Below are positions 10,901 to 19,856 of a stretch of 64,000 nt of DNA, piece after piece. The position numbers and the translations under genes were made by a program. The DNA is from an uncultured Selenomonadaceae bacterium. GTDB taxonomy: Bacteria > Bacillota > Negativicutes > Selenomonadales > Selenomonadaceae. Where the stretch lies: positions 99,057 through 163,056 of the forward strand of contig CAJOFR010000001.1 in NCBI GenBank assembly GCA_905234195.1. Direction: 5' to 3'. The stretch's first letter is position 1; each line of letters opens with the position of its first letter. The notes under the pieces are model-generated. The model was not told where the DNA came from. It saw only the letters and a list, made by a program, of their open reading frames with translations, and did no database searches.

Positions 10901-11353
10901 ATGGATCAAGTTTTGTTCCGCCCTGCCGTTCCAAATTATATGGAAGAAATGATGCATCTTGATATTATTCTTGATGCCTATCCTTATGTTGGCGGTAGCA
11001 CGACCCTTGACGCGCTTTATATGGGCGTTCCGGTCGTAACTTTTTACGGTGAGCGTCGTAGTACTCGTTTTGGTTTAAGCATTTTGAAAAGTGTTGGGCT
11101 TAGTGATTTAGCGGTTAATTCGGTGCAGGATTACATTGAGCGCGCAGTTGGACTTGCCAGTGACGTGGGAGCATTGGACGCCATCCACAAAAATCTTCGT
11201 ACCATGGTTAAGAAATCCACTCCCCTGAATGCGAAAGTCTATACGAAAATTCTTGAGCAAAAATTGGAGCAAATTATCGCTGAAAAAGTAAAATTAGAAA
11301 CTTTATCGACTGAAGAAACGTCGTCATCTGAAACTTCACTGGTAGAGAGTTAA
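7901..11353 (+). CDS. Large TPR protein with two tandem GT41 (SPINDLY / O-GlcNAc-transferase-like) catalytic modules
   Basis: 1150 aa. The block IRIGYISPD...[10 protein letters not shown]...[18 protein letters not shown]...[10 protein letters not shown] recurs as IKIGYLSPD...[10 protein letters not shown]...[18 protein letters not shown]...[11 protein letters not shown]. TPR-like helices precede each copy. Confidence 0.75.
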   Translation: [1150 protein letters not shown]

Positions 11354-11369
11354 AAATTCCTCTTCGGAG

Positions 11370-12620
11370 GTGATTAATACGCCGGAGATTGTAAAAAATT
11401 TTATCTGTTTTGAGCCGGAGTATGTGTCAAAATTTCAATGTGACGGCGAAATTTGCGGAGCTCAATGTTGTACAGGGTTCCGGGTCGATATTGACCGGCA
11501 TACTCACTTTAAATATCGTTCTATCAAAGATCAGGATGTTCGCAGAAAAATTCTCGACAGTCTTTTCTGGAATCAGGATTCACAAACTTATCGCATGAAA
11601 CTTGGCGAAAATGCTGTTTGCCCCATGATTTGCGATGGTCATCTTTGTTTCATTCAAAAGACATTTGGCGAGGACTTTTTGTCAAATATTTGCGCTGAAT
11701 TTCCGCGCAGGACTTATGTCGTAGGAGATGCGGTGACGCGGACTTTGAGTTTAAATTGTCCGATTGCTGCAAAAATTGCATTAATTGACAATAATTCCAT
11801 GCAATTTCAAAATGTTGAGATTAGGACAACTCGAGCAGGTTGTTTCTTTTATCGCGCTGTGAGTGATGTTCCTACGCGGAAATTTCTCATTCCTCTTCAA
11901 AAAATAGGGATAGAAATTTTGCAAAATCGAAAATATACTGTGAATGAGCGTTTAGCAACTCTGGGAATCGCGATGTCTATGGTAGATTACCAAATTGAAA
12001 ATTTGTCTGAAGAGATTATAGAGGAATTCGCGGAAAAATTTCGTACGCAAGATTTCTTTGGTACAATGCAAAATAATTTTAGAATTTTGAAATTTGATAA
12101 GCCGGATTATTTGCAGATGATGTTTCGATTATTAGATGAACTTTTTGGCACGGCGATAATTTATTACTCTGAAGAGCAACGGAATTTTGTGCAGTATATT
12201 CCGCAAGCATTTGGTGTTGTTGAAGAAACTTCAAAATCTCTGGAGGAAGGTTATCGCCTTTACGATGAGAATTTTGCGGCCTATGACGAGTTCGTTCGCA
12301 AGCCGTATCCGCAGTTGATGGAAAATTATCTGGCTCATAGTTTTTTTGCAGGTCTGTATCCATGCAGACTCCCGGGAAATTTAATGTTCAACTATTTTTT
12401 ATTTGCGGCAATTTACAAATTTTTTGAGTTCAGTTTAATTTGCATGGCTGGAGTTTTGCGCGAAAAACTGACTCTTGATGATATTTTAGGTTTGATCGGA
12501 AGATTCTCTTTTAGGATTGATCATGGGGCACTTTTTCAGAAAGTCACTCTGGATTATTTTCAGCAACTTTTATCGTATCCGAACGAACTTTTTAACGCGT
12601 TGATTGATTTTGAAAATTGA
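11370..12620 (+). CDS. fliB: FliB-like protein lysine-N-methylase (Cys-cluster family)
   Basis: The N-terminus EPEYVSKFQCDGEICGAQCCTGFRVDIDRHTHFKY matches the FliB/flagellin lysine methylase cysteine-cluster pattern. The GTG start is uncertain because the RBS abuts it. Confidence 0.6.
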   Translation: MINTPEIVKNFICFEPEYVSKFQCDGEICGAQCCTGFRVDIDRHTHFKYRSIKDQDVRRKILDSLFWNQDSQTYRMKLGENAVCPMICDGHLCFIQKTFGEDFLSNICAEFPRRTYVVGDAVTRTLSLNCPIAAKIALIDNNSMQFQNVEIRTTRAGCFFYRAVSDVPTRKFLIPLQKIGIEILQNRKYTVNERLATLGIAMSMVDYQIENLSEEIIEEFAEKFRTQDFFGTMQNNFRILKFDKPDYLQMMFRLLDELFGTAIIYYSEEQRNFVQYIPQAFGVVEETSKSLEEGYRLYDENFAAYDEFVRKPYPQLMENYLAHSFFAGLYPCRLPGNLMFNYFLFAAIYKFFEFSLICMAGVLREKLTLDDILGLIGRFSFRIDHGALFQKVTLDYFQQLLSYPNELFNALIDFEN

Positions 12621-12629
12621 GGGGATTTT

Positions 12630-13265
12630 ATGGATTTTATAAAACAGCCAATGGCGATAGAGAGTCGCAGTATGGAGATAATTGCTCCTTATTTGTCGTC
12701 ATTAAATTTAAATGATGAAGAATTGAAAATTTACTCAAGAATAATTCACGCGACAGGAGATGTGGAATACGCATCTATCATTAAAATTCATCCCTTCGCG
12801 ATTTCTTCTACCAAATCAGTAATTCAGCGTGGAGGAAATATTTTTACAGACGTTGAAATGGTTCGTACCGGAATAAATAAACGAAATTTAAAAAAATTTG
12901 GTGGCGAAGTTTTTTGTAGGATTTCAGACGATAAAGTCAAAATTATTGCAGAAAAAGAAAAAATTACTCGTTCTATGGCGGCAATGCGTGATTTCGGGAA
13001 AGATCTTGATGGGGCGATTGTTGCTATTGGCAATGCTCCCACCGCGCTTTTTGAGGTTTTGCGGCTCGTGCGTGAAGAAAAAATTTTCCCCGCTGTTATT
13101 ATCGGCGTGCCGGTTGGTTTTGTCGGAGCGGCTGACTCGAAAGCTAAGCTCGCCGCTCAAAATGAGATTCCTTTCATTACAGTTAATGGCACAAAGGGCG
13201 GCAGTTCAATCGCTGTCGCAATAGTCAACGCGATTCTTTATCTTTTGGACAATTCGAGGTCTTAA
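12630..13265 (+). CDS. cbiC: Precorrin-8X / cobalt-precorrin-8 methylmutase
   Basis: Motifs IHATGD, IGNAPTAL, GVPVGFVGAADSK and GTKGGSSIAVA are present. Confidence 0.85.
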   Translation: MDFIKQPMAIESRSMEIIAPYLSSLNLNDEELKIYSRIIHATGDVEYASIIKIHPFAISSTKSVIQRGGNIFTDVEMVRTGINKRNLKKFGGEVFCRISDDKVKIIAEKEKITRSMAAMRDFGKDLDGAIVAIGNAPTALFEVLRLVREEKIFPAVIIGVPVGFVGAADSKAKLAAQNEIPFITVNGTKGGSSIAVAIVNAILYLLDNSRS

Positions 13266-13266
13266 C

Positions 13267-14637
13267 ATGGCAATAATTCCAAGATTAATAATTGCCGCAA
13301 CCCAAAGCGGCTCCGGCAAAACTACGATTGTTAGCGGACTTTTAGCCGCGTTGAAAATGCGAGGTTTGGAAGTTCAGGCGTACAAAATTGGTCCCGACTA
13401 TATCGATCCCGGCTATCACGAGATTGCTTCGGGCAAACATTCGCACAATCTGGACACTTGGCTCGTCGGCAGTGAAAAACTCGGCGAGATTTTTTTTAAT
13501 TCATTCGGCGCGTCGGATATTGCGATAATTGAAGGCGTAATGGGGCTTTACGACGGCGGACGCGGTGGAATTAGCTCAACGGCGGAAGTTGCTAAATTTT
13601 TGGATGCGCCGGTCGTTTTGGTAATTGACGCGAAAAGTATGGGTGCTTCGGCGGCGGCGATTGCTCTTGGGTTTCGCGAATTTGACAAATCGATTAATCT
13701 TGCCGGCGTGATTTTGAATAAAATTGGTTCCGAAAGTCATAAAAAAATGATTGTCGATGCACTTGACAAAATCGGAATTAAATGTTTTGGCGCAATTAAA
13801 CGTGACGCGGAACTTGTTTTGCCCGAACGGCATTTAGGGCTCGTACCGACGATTGAAAATAATTTTGATGAAATAATAGAAAAATTAGCTATCAAAATTT
13901 CTAAACAGTTAGATATCGGCGCGCTTTTAGATGTTGCCAACTTACCTTTAAATATAAATTTTGAAATTAGGAACAATAAAAAAATTACTCCTGTTTGTAA
14001 AATTGCCGTCGCTCGTGACAAAGCATTTAGTTTTTACTATGAACAAAGTTTACGTGAATTTGAAAATTTTGGTGCAGAAATAATTTTTTTCAGTCCTCTG
14101 TACGATGAGTTTCTACCTGAAAATATTGACGGATTGATTTTGGGCGGCGGATTTCCTGAAATGTTCGCTCTCCAGCTCGAGGAAAATAAAAAAATTCGCG
14201 CGGAAATTAAAGCCGTCGTTGATAATGGTTTGCCCATTTTTGCGGAATGTGGCGGATACATGTATCTGATGGATTCTATAGCCGATTTTGACGGGAAAAT
14301 TTTTGAAATGTGTGGAGTAATTCCAAGTCGCGCAATAATGACCAATAAATTACAGATGGTTGGTTATATCGAAGCAACTTTAACTAAAAATTGTGTAATT
14401 GGAAAAGTTGGTGACAAATTTCATGCGCACGAGTTTCATTTTTCCAAGGAAATCTCAACCACAGCTGAAGAGGATACTTTTAGTTGCCGGAAACTTAGGA
14501 CTGGTGAGAGTTATTTTGAAGGTTTTTCCAACGAAAATGTTGTAGCCTCGTACTTGCATATTCATTTCGCCGGTTGTGAATCTGCCGCAAAAAATTTTGT
14601 TACAGCTTGTGTAAATTTTCATAATTCAAAAATTTAA
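13267..14637 (+). CDS. cbiA: Cobyrinate a,c-diamide synthase
   Basis: It has an N-terminal P-loop (TQSGSGKTT), a CobQ/CobB-type ATPase domain and a C-terminal GATase (GGGFPE, AECGGYMYL). Confidence 0.85.
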   Translation: MAIIPRLIIAATQSGSGKTTIVSGLLAALKMRGLEVQAYKIGPDYIDPGYHEIASGKHSHNLDTWLVGSEKLGEIFFNSFGASDIAIIEGVMGLYDGGRGGISSTAEVAKFLDAPVVLVIDAKSMGASAAAIALGFREFDKSINLAGVILNKIGSESHKKMIVDALDKIGIKCFGAIKRDAELVLPERHLGLVPTIENNFDEIIEKLAIKISKQLDIGALLDVANLPLNINFEIRNNKKITPVCKIAVARDKAFSFYYEQSLREFENFGAEIIFFSPLYDEFLPENIDGLILGGGFPEMFALQLEENKKIRAEIKAVVDNGLPIFAECGGYMYLMDSIADFDGKIFEMCGVIPSRAIMTNKLQMVGYIEATLTKNCVIGKVGDKFHAHEFHFSKEISTTAEEDTFSCRKLRTGESYFEGFSNENVVASYLHIHFAGCESAAKNFVTACVNFHNSKI

Positions 14638-14638
14638 A

Positions 14639-14667
14639 TTGCAATGCGCGCGCCAAAATGGTAGAAT
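14639..14667 (+). promoter_or_regulatory. Sigma-70-type promoter for rnj (TTGCAA-17 nt-TAGAAT with a TG extension)
   Basis: The hexamers were read directly at 14639-14644 and 14662-14667, with TGg immediately upstream of the -10. Confidence 0.5.
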
Positions 14668-14751
14668 ATTGCCAGCATGAGTGTTCGGATGGTTATTTTT
14701 ATTATCTGAGGAGGCGGATTTTATTGAAACTATTTGGAGGTGTATATAATT

Positions 14752-16425
14752 TTGAGAAATGATCAAAAAATTGAACAAAAACTACAAATAATTCCTCTCG
14801 GCGGGCTGGGTGAGATCGGCAAAAATATGACGGTTGTGCGGTTCGGCGAAGAGATGATTTTAGTTGATTCGGGCTTGATGTTTCCGGAAAATGATATGCT
14901 TGGCGTCGATTTGGTTATTCCGGATATTTCTTACGTCATAGAAAATCAGCATTGCTTGAAGGCAATTATTTTGACGCACGGGCACGAAGACCATATTGGC
15001 GCGCTACCTTACATCTTGAAACAACTTTCGGTTCCCGTTTACGGCACGAAGTTGACGCTTGGGATTTTGGAAGGCAGACTTAAAGAAAATGGCGTCGACT
15101 CCGGAAATTTGCGCGTCGTCACTCAAGGTGAAATTATTGTGCTCGGTTGTTTTAGCGTCGGGTTTATTCGGGTAAATCACTCAATTCCCGATTCTGTCGC
15201 GCTTTCGATTAAGACGCCGATTGGTATGATTGTCCACACGGGCGATTTTAAGTTCGATTATACGCCGGTTGATGGGAAGATGACGGATTTTCGCCGCCTT
15301 GCCGATTTGGGAAATAAGGGCGTGCTCGTTCTGCTTGCCGATTCGACAAATTCCGAAAAGGAAGGTCACACGTTGAGTGAAAAAACCGTCGGAATTGCGT
15401 TCAATCGCGAATTTCAGAACGCGCAGGGGAGAATTATAGTCGCAACTTTTTCTTCAAATGTGCACAGAATTCAGCAGGTTATTGATACTGCCGTTCGTTA
15501 TCGCCGTCGTGTCGCGGTTTTGGGGCGCAGTATGGTCAACGTCGTCAACATTTCTCTTGAGCTCGGGTACATTCACGCGCCGGAAGGGGTTATAATTGAC
15601 GTAGAAGATATTGTCAATTATCCAGCAAATAAAATAGTTATCATTACGACCGGCAGTCAGGGTGAGCCGATGAGCGCGCTGACGCGAATGGCAATGTCTG
15701 ATCACAGGCAGGTTGATATTGTTCAGGGCGACACGGTTATAATTTCTGCGACGCCGATTCCTGGAAATGAAAAAATCGTCGCGAAAACTATCGATAATCT
15801 TTTGAGGCTGGGGGCGAATGTGATTTACAGCCGGAACGAAGGAATTCATGTTTCGGGGCACGCCTCGCGCGAAGAGCTGAAACTCATGCACAATCTTATT
15901 AAACCGAAATTTTTTATTCCCGTTCATGGCGAACTGCACCACCTTTTTGCGCACGCCAAACTTGCCGAAGATCTGGGGATGTCGCGCGACCATATTCTTG
16001 TTGGCGAAAACGGATTTATTTTTGAGTTCACGAAGGAGCGCGGAAAAGTTGTCGGCAGGGTTAATTGGGGCGTCGTTTTGGTTGACGGGCTTGGTGTCGG
16101 TGACGTCGGCAATATTGTTTTGCGGGATCGCCGTCAGCTTGCGCAGGAAGGCGTTGTTATCGTGATAGTCGCGATGAATCACGAGACGGGCAAAATTATT
16201 TCCGAGCCGCAGATTATTAGCCGGGGTTTCGTGTATATCCGCGACGCGTCTGAACTTATCGACGAGGCGAAAAATCGCGTATCGCAGGCTTTAAAAACTT
16301 GCGCCGAGTCAAAGATTGTGGATTGGAGCACGTTAAAAATTCAAATTAAAGATACTTTGAGTCAATTTCTCTTTGAAAGTACTCGTCGACGTCCGGTCAT
16401 TCTTCCTGTCATTATTGAAGTTTAA
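14752..16425 (+). CDS. rnj: Ribonuclease J (metallo-beta-lactamase / beta-CASP)
   Basis: Motifs IPLGGLGEIGKNM, HGHEDHIGALPY, the beta-CASP region and HVSGHASREE are present. The start is TTG 14752, 11 nt after GGAGG. Track start 14734 lies inside the RBS. Confidence 0.9.
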   Translation: MRNDQKIEQKLQIIPLGGLGEIGKNMTVVRFGEEMILVDSGLMFPENDMLGVDLVIPDISYVIENQHCLKAIILTHGHEDHIGALPYILKQLSVPVYGTKLTLGILEGRLKENGVDSGNLRVVTQGEIIVLGCFSVGFIRVNHSIPDSVALSIKTPIGMIVHTGDFKFDYTPVDGKMTDFRRLADLGNKGVLVLLADSTNSEKEGHTLSEKTVGIAFNREFQNAQGRIIVATFSSNVHRIQQVIDTAVRYRRRVAVLGRSMVNVVNISLELGYIHAPEGVIIDVEDIVNYPANKIVIITTGSQGEPMSALTRMAMSDHRQVDIVQGDTVIISATPIPGNEKIVAKTIDNLLRLGANVIYSRNEGIHVSGHASREELKLMHNLIKPKFFIPVHGELHHLFAHAKLAEDLGMSRDHILVGENGFIFEFTKERGKVVGRVNWGVVLVDGLGVGDVGNIVLRDRRQLAQEGVVIVIVAMNHETGKIISEPQIISRGFVYIRDASELIDEAKNRVSQALKTCAESKIVDWSTLKIQIKDTLSQFLFESTRRRPVILPVIIEV

Positions 16426-16446
16426 AGGCTTTTAATTAAATTTATC

Positions 16447-19400
16447 ATGAATAAAGAAAATTTTGTACACCTACATTGTCATTCGGCGTGGAGTCTTTTG
16501 GACGGTGCCGCGCGCGTTAAAGATTTGGTCAATCAAGCAAAAAGTTTTGGAATGACGGCGATTGCTCTGACTGATCACGGGACGATGTACGGCACGATTG
16601 ATTTTTACAAGGCGGCTGTCAGCGCGGGCATCAAGCCGATTATCGGTTGCGAAGTTTATGTCGCGCCGGAGTCGCGTTTTATTCGTAGTGAAATTGACGG
16701 AGAAAAATATTATCATCTGGTTTTGCTCGCCGAAAATAACGAAGGCTACAAAAATCTCGTGAAACTTGTGTCGATTGCCGCGACGGAGGGTTTTTATTAT
16801 AAACCGCGCGTCGACAAGGGCGTTTTGCGCAAATATCATGAAGGTATAATCGCTCTAAGCGCGTGTATTTCGGGCGAAATTCCAAAGGCCATTTTGAATG
16901 ACGATTTTTCGCGAGCAATTGCCGTCGCGAAGGAGTATGTCGAGATTTTCGGGCGGGACAATTTTTTTCTTGAAATTCAAAATCATAGAATCGAAGATAA
17001 AAAAGAAGAAGAAAAAAAAGTTCGCGACGCTTTGATAAAAATTTCCAGTGAGTTGGATATCGGGCTTGTTGCTACGAATGACTCGCATTATGTGCGCCGT
17101 GAAGATAGCGAACTCCGCGACGTGTTGCTTTGCATTCAAATGAGCAAGACCTTAGATGATGCTAATAATATGCGTTTCTTTTCCGATGAGTACTATTTGA
17201 AATCACCGGAAGATATGCGCACTATTTTTTCTGAAAATCCCGACGCTTGTGACAATACTCTAAAAATTGCCGAGCGTTGCAACGTTACTTTTGAATTTGG
17301 CAAGTTGCAGATGCCGGAATATCCTCTGCCGAAAAATTATACCGACGCGGCGCAATATCTTCACGACCTTTGCTACCAAAAAGTTTATGAGCGTTATTCT
17401 CTGCTGACTGATGAAATTTCTTCGCGGCTGGATTATGAACTTGACGTTATAAAAAAGATGGGCTACGACGGATATTTTTTAATCGTATGGAATTTTATCG
17501 ATTATGCGAAAAAAAAGAAAATTGCCATTGGTCCCGGACGTGGCTCGGCTGCGGGCAGTATCGTATCCTATATTTTGGGAATTACGGATCTCGACCCGCT
17601 GGAGTTTAATTTGCTGTTTGAACGTTTTTTGAATCCGGAGCGAGTTTCCATGCCGGATATTGACGTGGATTTTTGCTACATGCGCCGTGAAGAGGTTATA
17701 GAGTACGTCAAGAAAACTTATGGCGAAGACCACGTCGCGCAGATTGTAACTTTCGGGACTATGGCGGCAAAAGCGTCTCTTCGTGATGTTTTTCGTGTTT
17801 TTAATATCCCCTATTCAGAAAGTTCGCGGATTGTCGCGATGATTCCCAACGAACCAAGAATTACGCTTGACAAGGCTCTGCAAACTTCCAAAGAGTTAAG
17901 ACACGAATACAACAACAACTTCATTACCCAACGGGTGATTGATCTTGCCAGGAAACTTGAAGGATTGCCGCGCCACGCCTCCGTTCACGCGGCGGGTATC
18001 GTTATTTCTAAACTTCCACTGACAAATTATGTGCCCGTCCAAATTTCAAATTCGACGCTCGTCACGCAATACGACAAGGACAAAATCGAGGAGCTCGGAC
18101 TTTTGAAAATGGATTTTCTCGGACTGCGAACACTGACGATAATCAACGAGGCAATCGACAACATAAAGGCAACTAGCGGAATTGAAATTAAAATTGAAAA
18201 AATTCCTCTGAATGATAAATTGACGGCGCAAATGTTATCCGACGGCAAAACCGGAGCAGTATTTCAAATGGAATCGTCGGGCATGACAAAACTTGTGCGT
18301 GATTTGAAGCCGGAGTGTTTTGCGGATTTAATTCCGACCGTCGCGCTCTATCGACCGGGTCCGCTCGGCAGCGGCATGGTTGAAGATTTTATCGACGGCA
18401 AACACGGCAGAAGAGAACCGAATTACCTACACCCGAAACTTGAACCAATACTAAAGGAAACTTTCGGAGTTGTTTTATATCAAGAACAAGTCATGCAAAT
18501 TGTTCAAGCCTTAGCGGGATTTTCGCTCGGACAGGCGGATTTATTGCGGCGGGCAATGGGCAAAAAAAATGCGTCTATCCTAATGGCGCAAAGAGAAAAT
18601 TTTTTAAAGGGTTGCGCGTCAAATGGAATCGACGACAACCTTGCAGAGAAAATTTTTGAATTATTGGCACATTTTGCCGATTATGGATTCAATAAATCTC
18701 ATTCGGCTGCCTACGCGCTTGTTGCCTGGCGGACGGCGTACCTTAAGGCGCACTATCCCGCAGAATTTATGGCGGCTATGCTCTCCAGCGTCATGGACTC
18801 CGACAAAATCGCTCACTATGTCGAGCTGACTAAAAAAATGGGAATAAAAATTTTGCCGGCAGACATAAATGAAAGTGGCGCACATTTTCAAGTTCAGGGT
18901 GATGCGATTCGTTACGCGCTGTCTGCGGTGAAAAATGTTGGCGAACCGGCTGTCGAGAATATTGTCGAAGTTCGCGGAAAAAGCGGAAAATTTAGGTCGC
19001 TTGTGGATTTTTGTTGTCGCGTCGCTCTAAAAAATTTCAGCAAGCGCGGGCTGGAAAACTTGATTAAATGTGGCGCATTTGATTGCGTTGATTCGCGCAG
19101 GACTGCGGTTTTTAAATCTCTGAACTCCGCTTTTTCCGAAGGCTCCCGAAAAAGTAAAGACGACGCGTTCGGGCAAACTCAACTCTTCAGCGATATTGAG
19201 ATTGAAAAAACTGTTTATATGGTTCCAAATGTTAAAGAAAAACCTAAAATTGAAATTCTTGCTTGGGAAAAAGAGGCTCTCGGTTTTTACATGACGGGGC
19301 ATCCTCTCGACGAGTTTGAGAATAAATTTTCCGATTTAATAAAAATAAATAAAATTAAAGCCGGTGAATTTAAAGTCGGCAAGCGCGTTAAGGTCGGCGG

Positions 19401-19851
19401 GCTGATAACAAACGCGCGGCAAATCACGACGCGCAAGGGTGAACTCATGGCCTTCTTGACGCTGGAAGATTTTCGGGACAGTCTGAATGTGACGGTGTTC
19501 CCTGCCGTTTTCAGCACGTGCGTGAATCTTATTTTGCCGGATGAGGCGATTGTCGTCGACGGGAAAATAGATTTCACGAACAACGAATTTCAAATTCTGG
19601 CGGAAAAAATTATCGGCGCGGAGGAATACGAGCCGGAGATTTTTTTGATTGTCCCCGCGCAAATCGAAAACCAAACGACTATTAACAGGCTTTCCAAACT
19701 TTTTGAGGAGCACGCCGGAAAAACTACCGTCAATCTAAACAGGTTCGGCAGGTGGCGGCGGCTTAAAGCCGGCGTCGAAATTTCAAACGGTGATAAATTT
19801 TCTGCAGAATTAAAAAATTTGCTCGGCGCGGAAAATGTCAAATTCTATTAG
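16447..19851 (+). CDS. dnaE: DNA polymerase III alpha subunit (DnaE type)
   Basis: 1134 aa. It has a PHP domain (FVHLHCHSAWSLLDGA), palm/fingers motifs (PDIDVDF, GLLKMDFLGLRTL, FNKSHSAAYA) and a C-terminal OB fold. Confidence 0.92.
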   Translation: MNKENFVHLHCHSAWSLLDGAARVKDLVNQAKSFGMTAIALTDHGTMYGTIDFYKAAVSAGIKPIIGCEVYVAPESRFIRSEIDGEKYYHLVLLAENNEGYKNLVKLVSIAATEGFYYKPRVDKGVLRKYHEGIIALSACISGEIPKAILNDDFSRAIAVAKEYVEIFGRDNFFLEIQNHRIEDKKEEEKKVRDALIKISSELDIGLVATNDSHYVRREDSELRDVLLCIQMSKTLDDANNMRFFSDEYYLKSPEDMRTIFSENPDACDNTLKIAERCNVTFEFGKLQMPEYPLPKNYTDAAQYLHDLCYQKVYERYSLLTDEISSRLDYELDVIKKMGYDGYFLIVWNFIDYAKKKKIAIGPGRGSAAGSIVSYILGITDLDPLEFNLLFERFLNPERVSMPDIDVDFCYMRREEVIEYVKKTYGEDHVAQIVTFGTMAAKASLRDVFRVFNIPYSESSRIVAMIPNEPRITLDKALQTSKELRHEYNNNFITQRVIDLARKLEGLPRHASVHAAGIVISKLPLTNYVPVQISNSTLVTQYDKDKIEELGLLKMDFLGLRTLTIINEAIDNIKATSGIEIKIEKIPLNDKLTAQMLSDGKTGAVFQMESSGMTKLVRDLKPECFADLIPTVALYRPGPLGSGMVEDFIDGKHGRREPNYLHPKLEPILKETFGVVLYQEQVMQIVQALAGFSLGQADLLRRAMGKKNASILMAQRENFLKGCASNGIDDNLAEKIFELLAHFADYGFNKSHSAAYALVAWRTAYLKAHYPAEFMAAMLSSVMDSDKIAHYVELTKKMGIKILPADINESGAHFQVQGDAIRYALSAVKNVGEPAVENIVEVRGKSGKFRSLVDFCCRVALKNFSKRGLENLIKCGAFDCVDSRRTAVFKSLNSAFSEGSRKSKDDAFGQTQLFSDIEIEKTVYMVPNVKEKPKIEILAWEKEALGFYMTGHPLDEFENKFSDLIKINKIKAGEFKVGKRVKVGGLITNARQITTRKGELMAFLTLEDFRDSLNVTVFPAVFSTCVNLILPDEAIVVDGKIDFTNNEFQILAEKIIGAEEYEPEIFLIVPAQIENQTTINRLSKLFEEHAGKTTVNLNRFGRWRRLKAGVEISNGDKFSAELKNLLGAENVKFY

Positions 19852-19856
19852 CTCAA

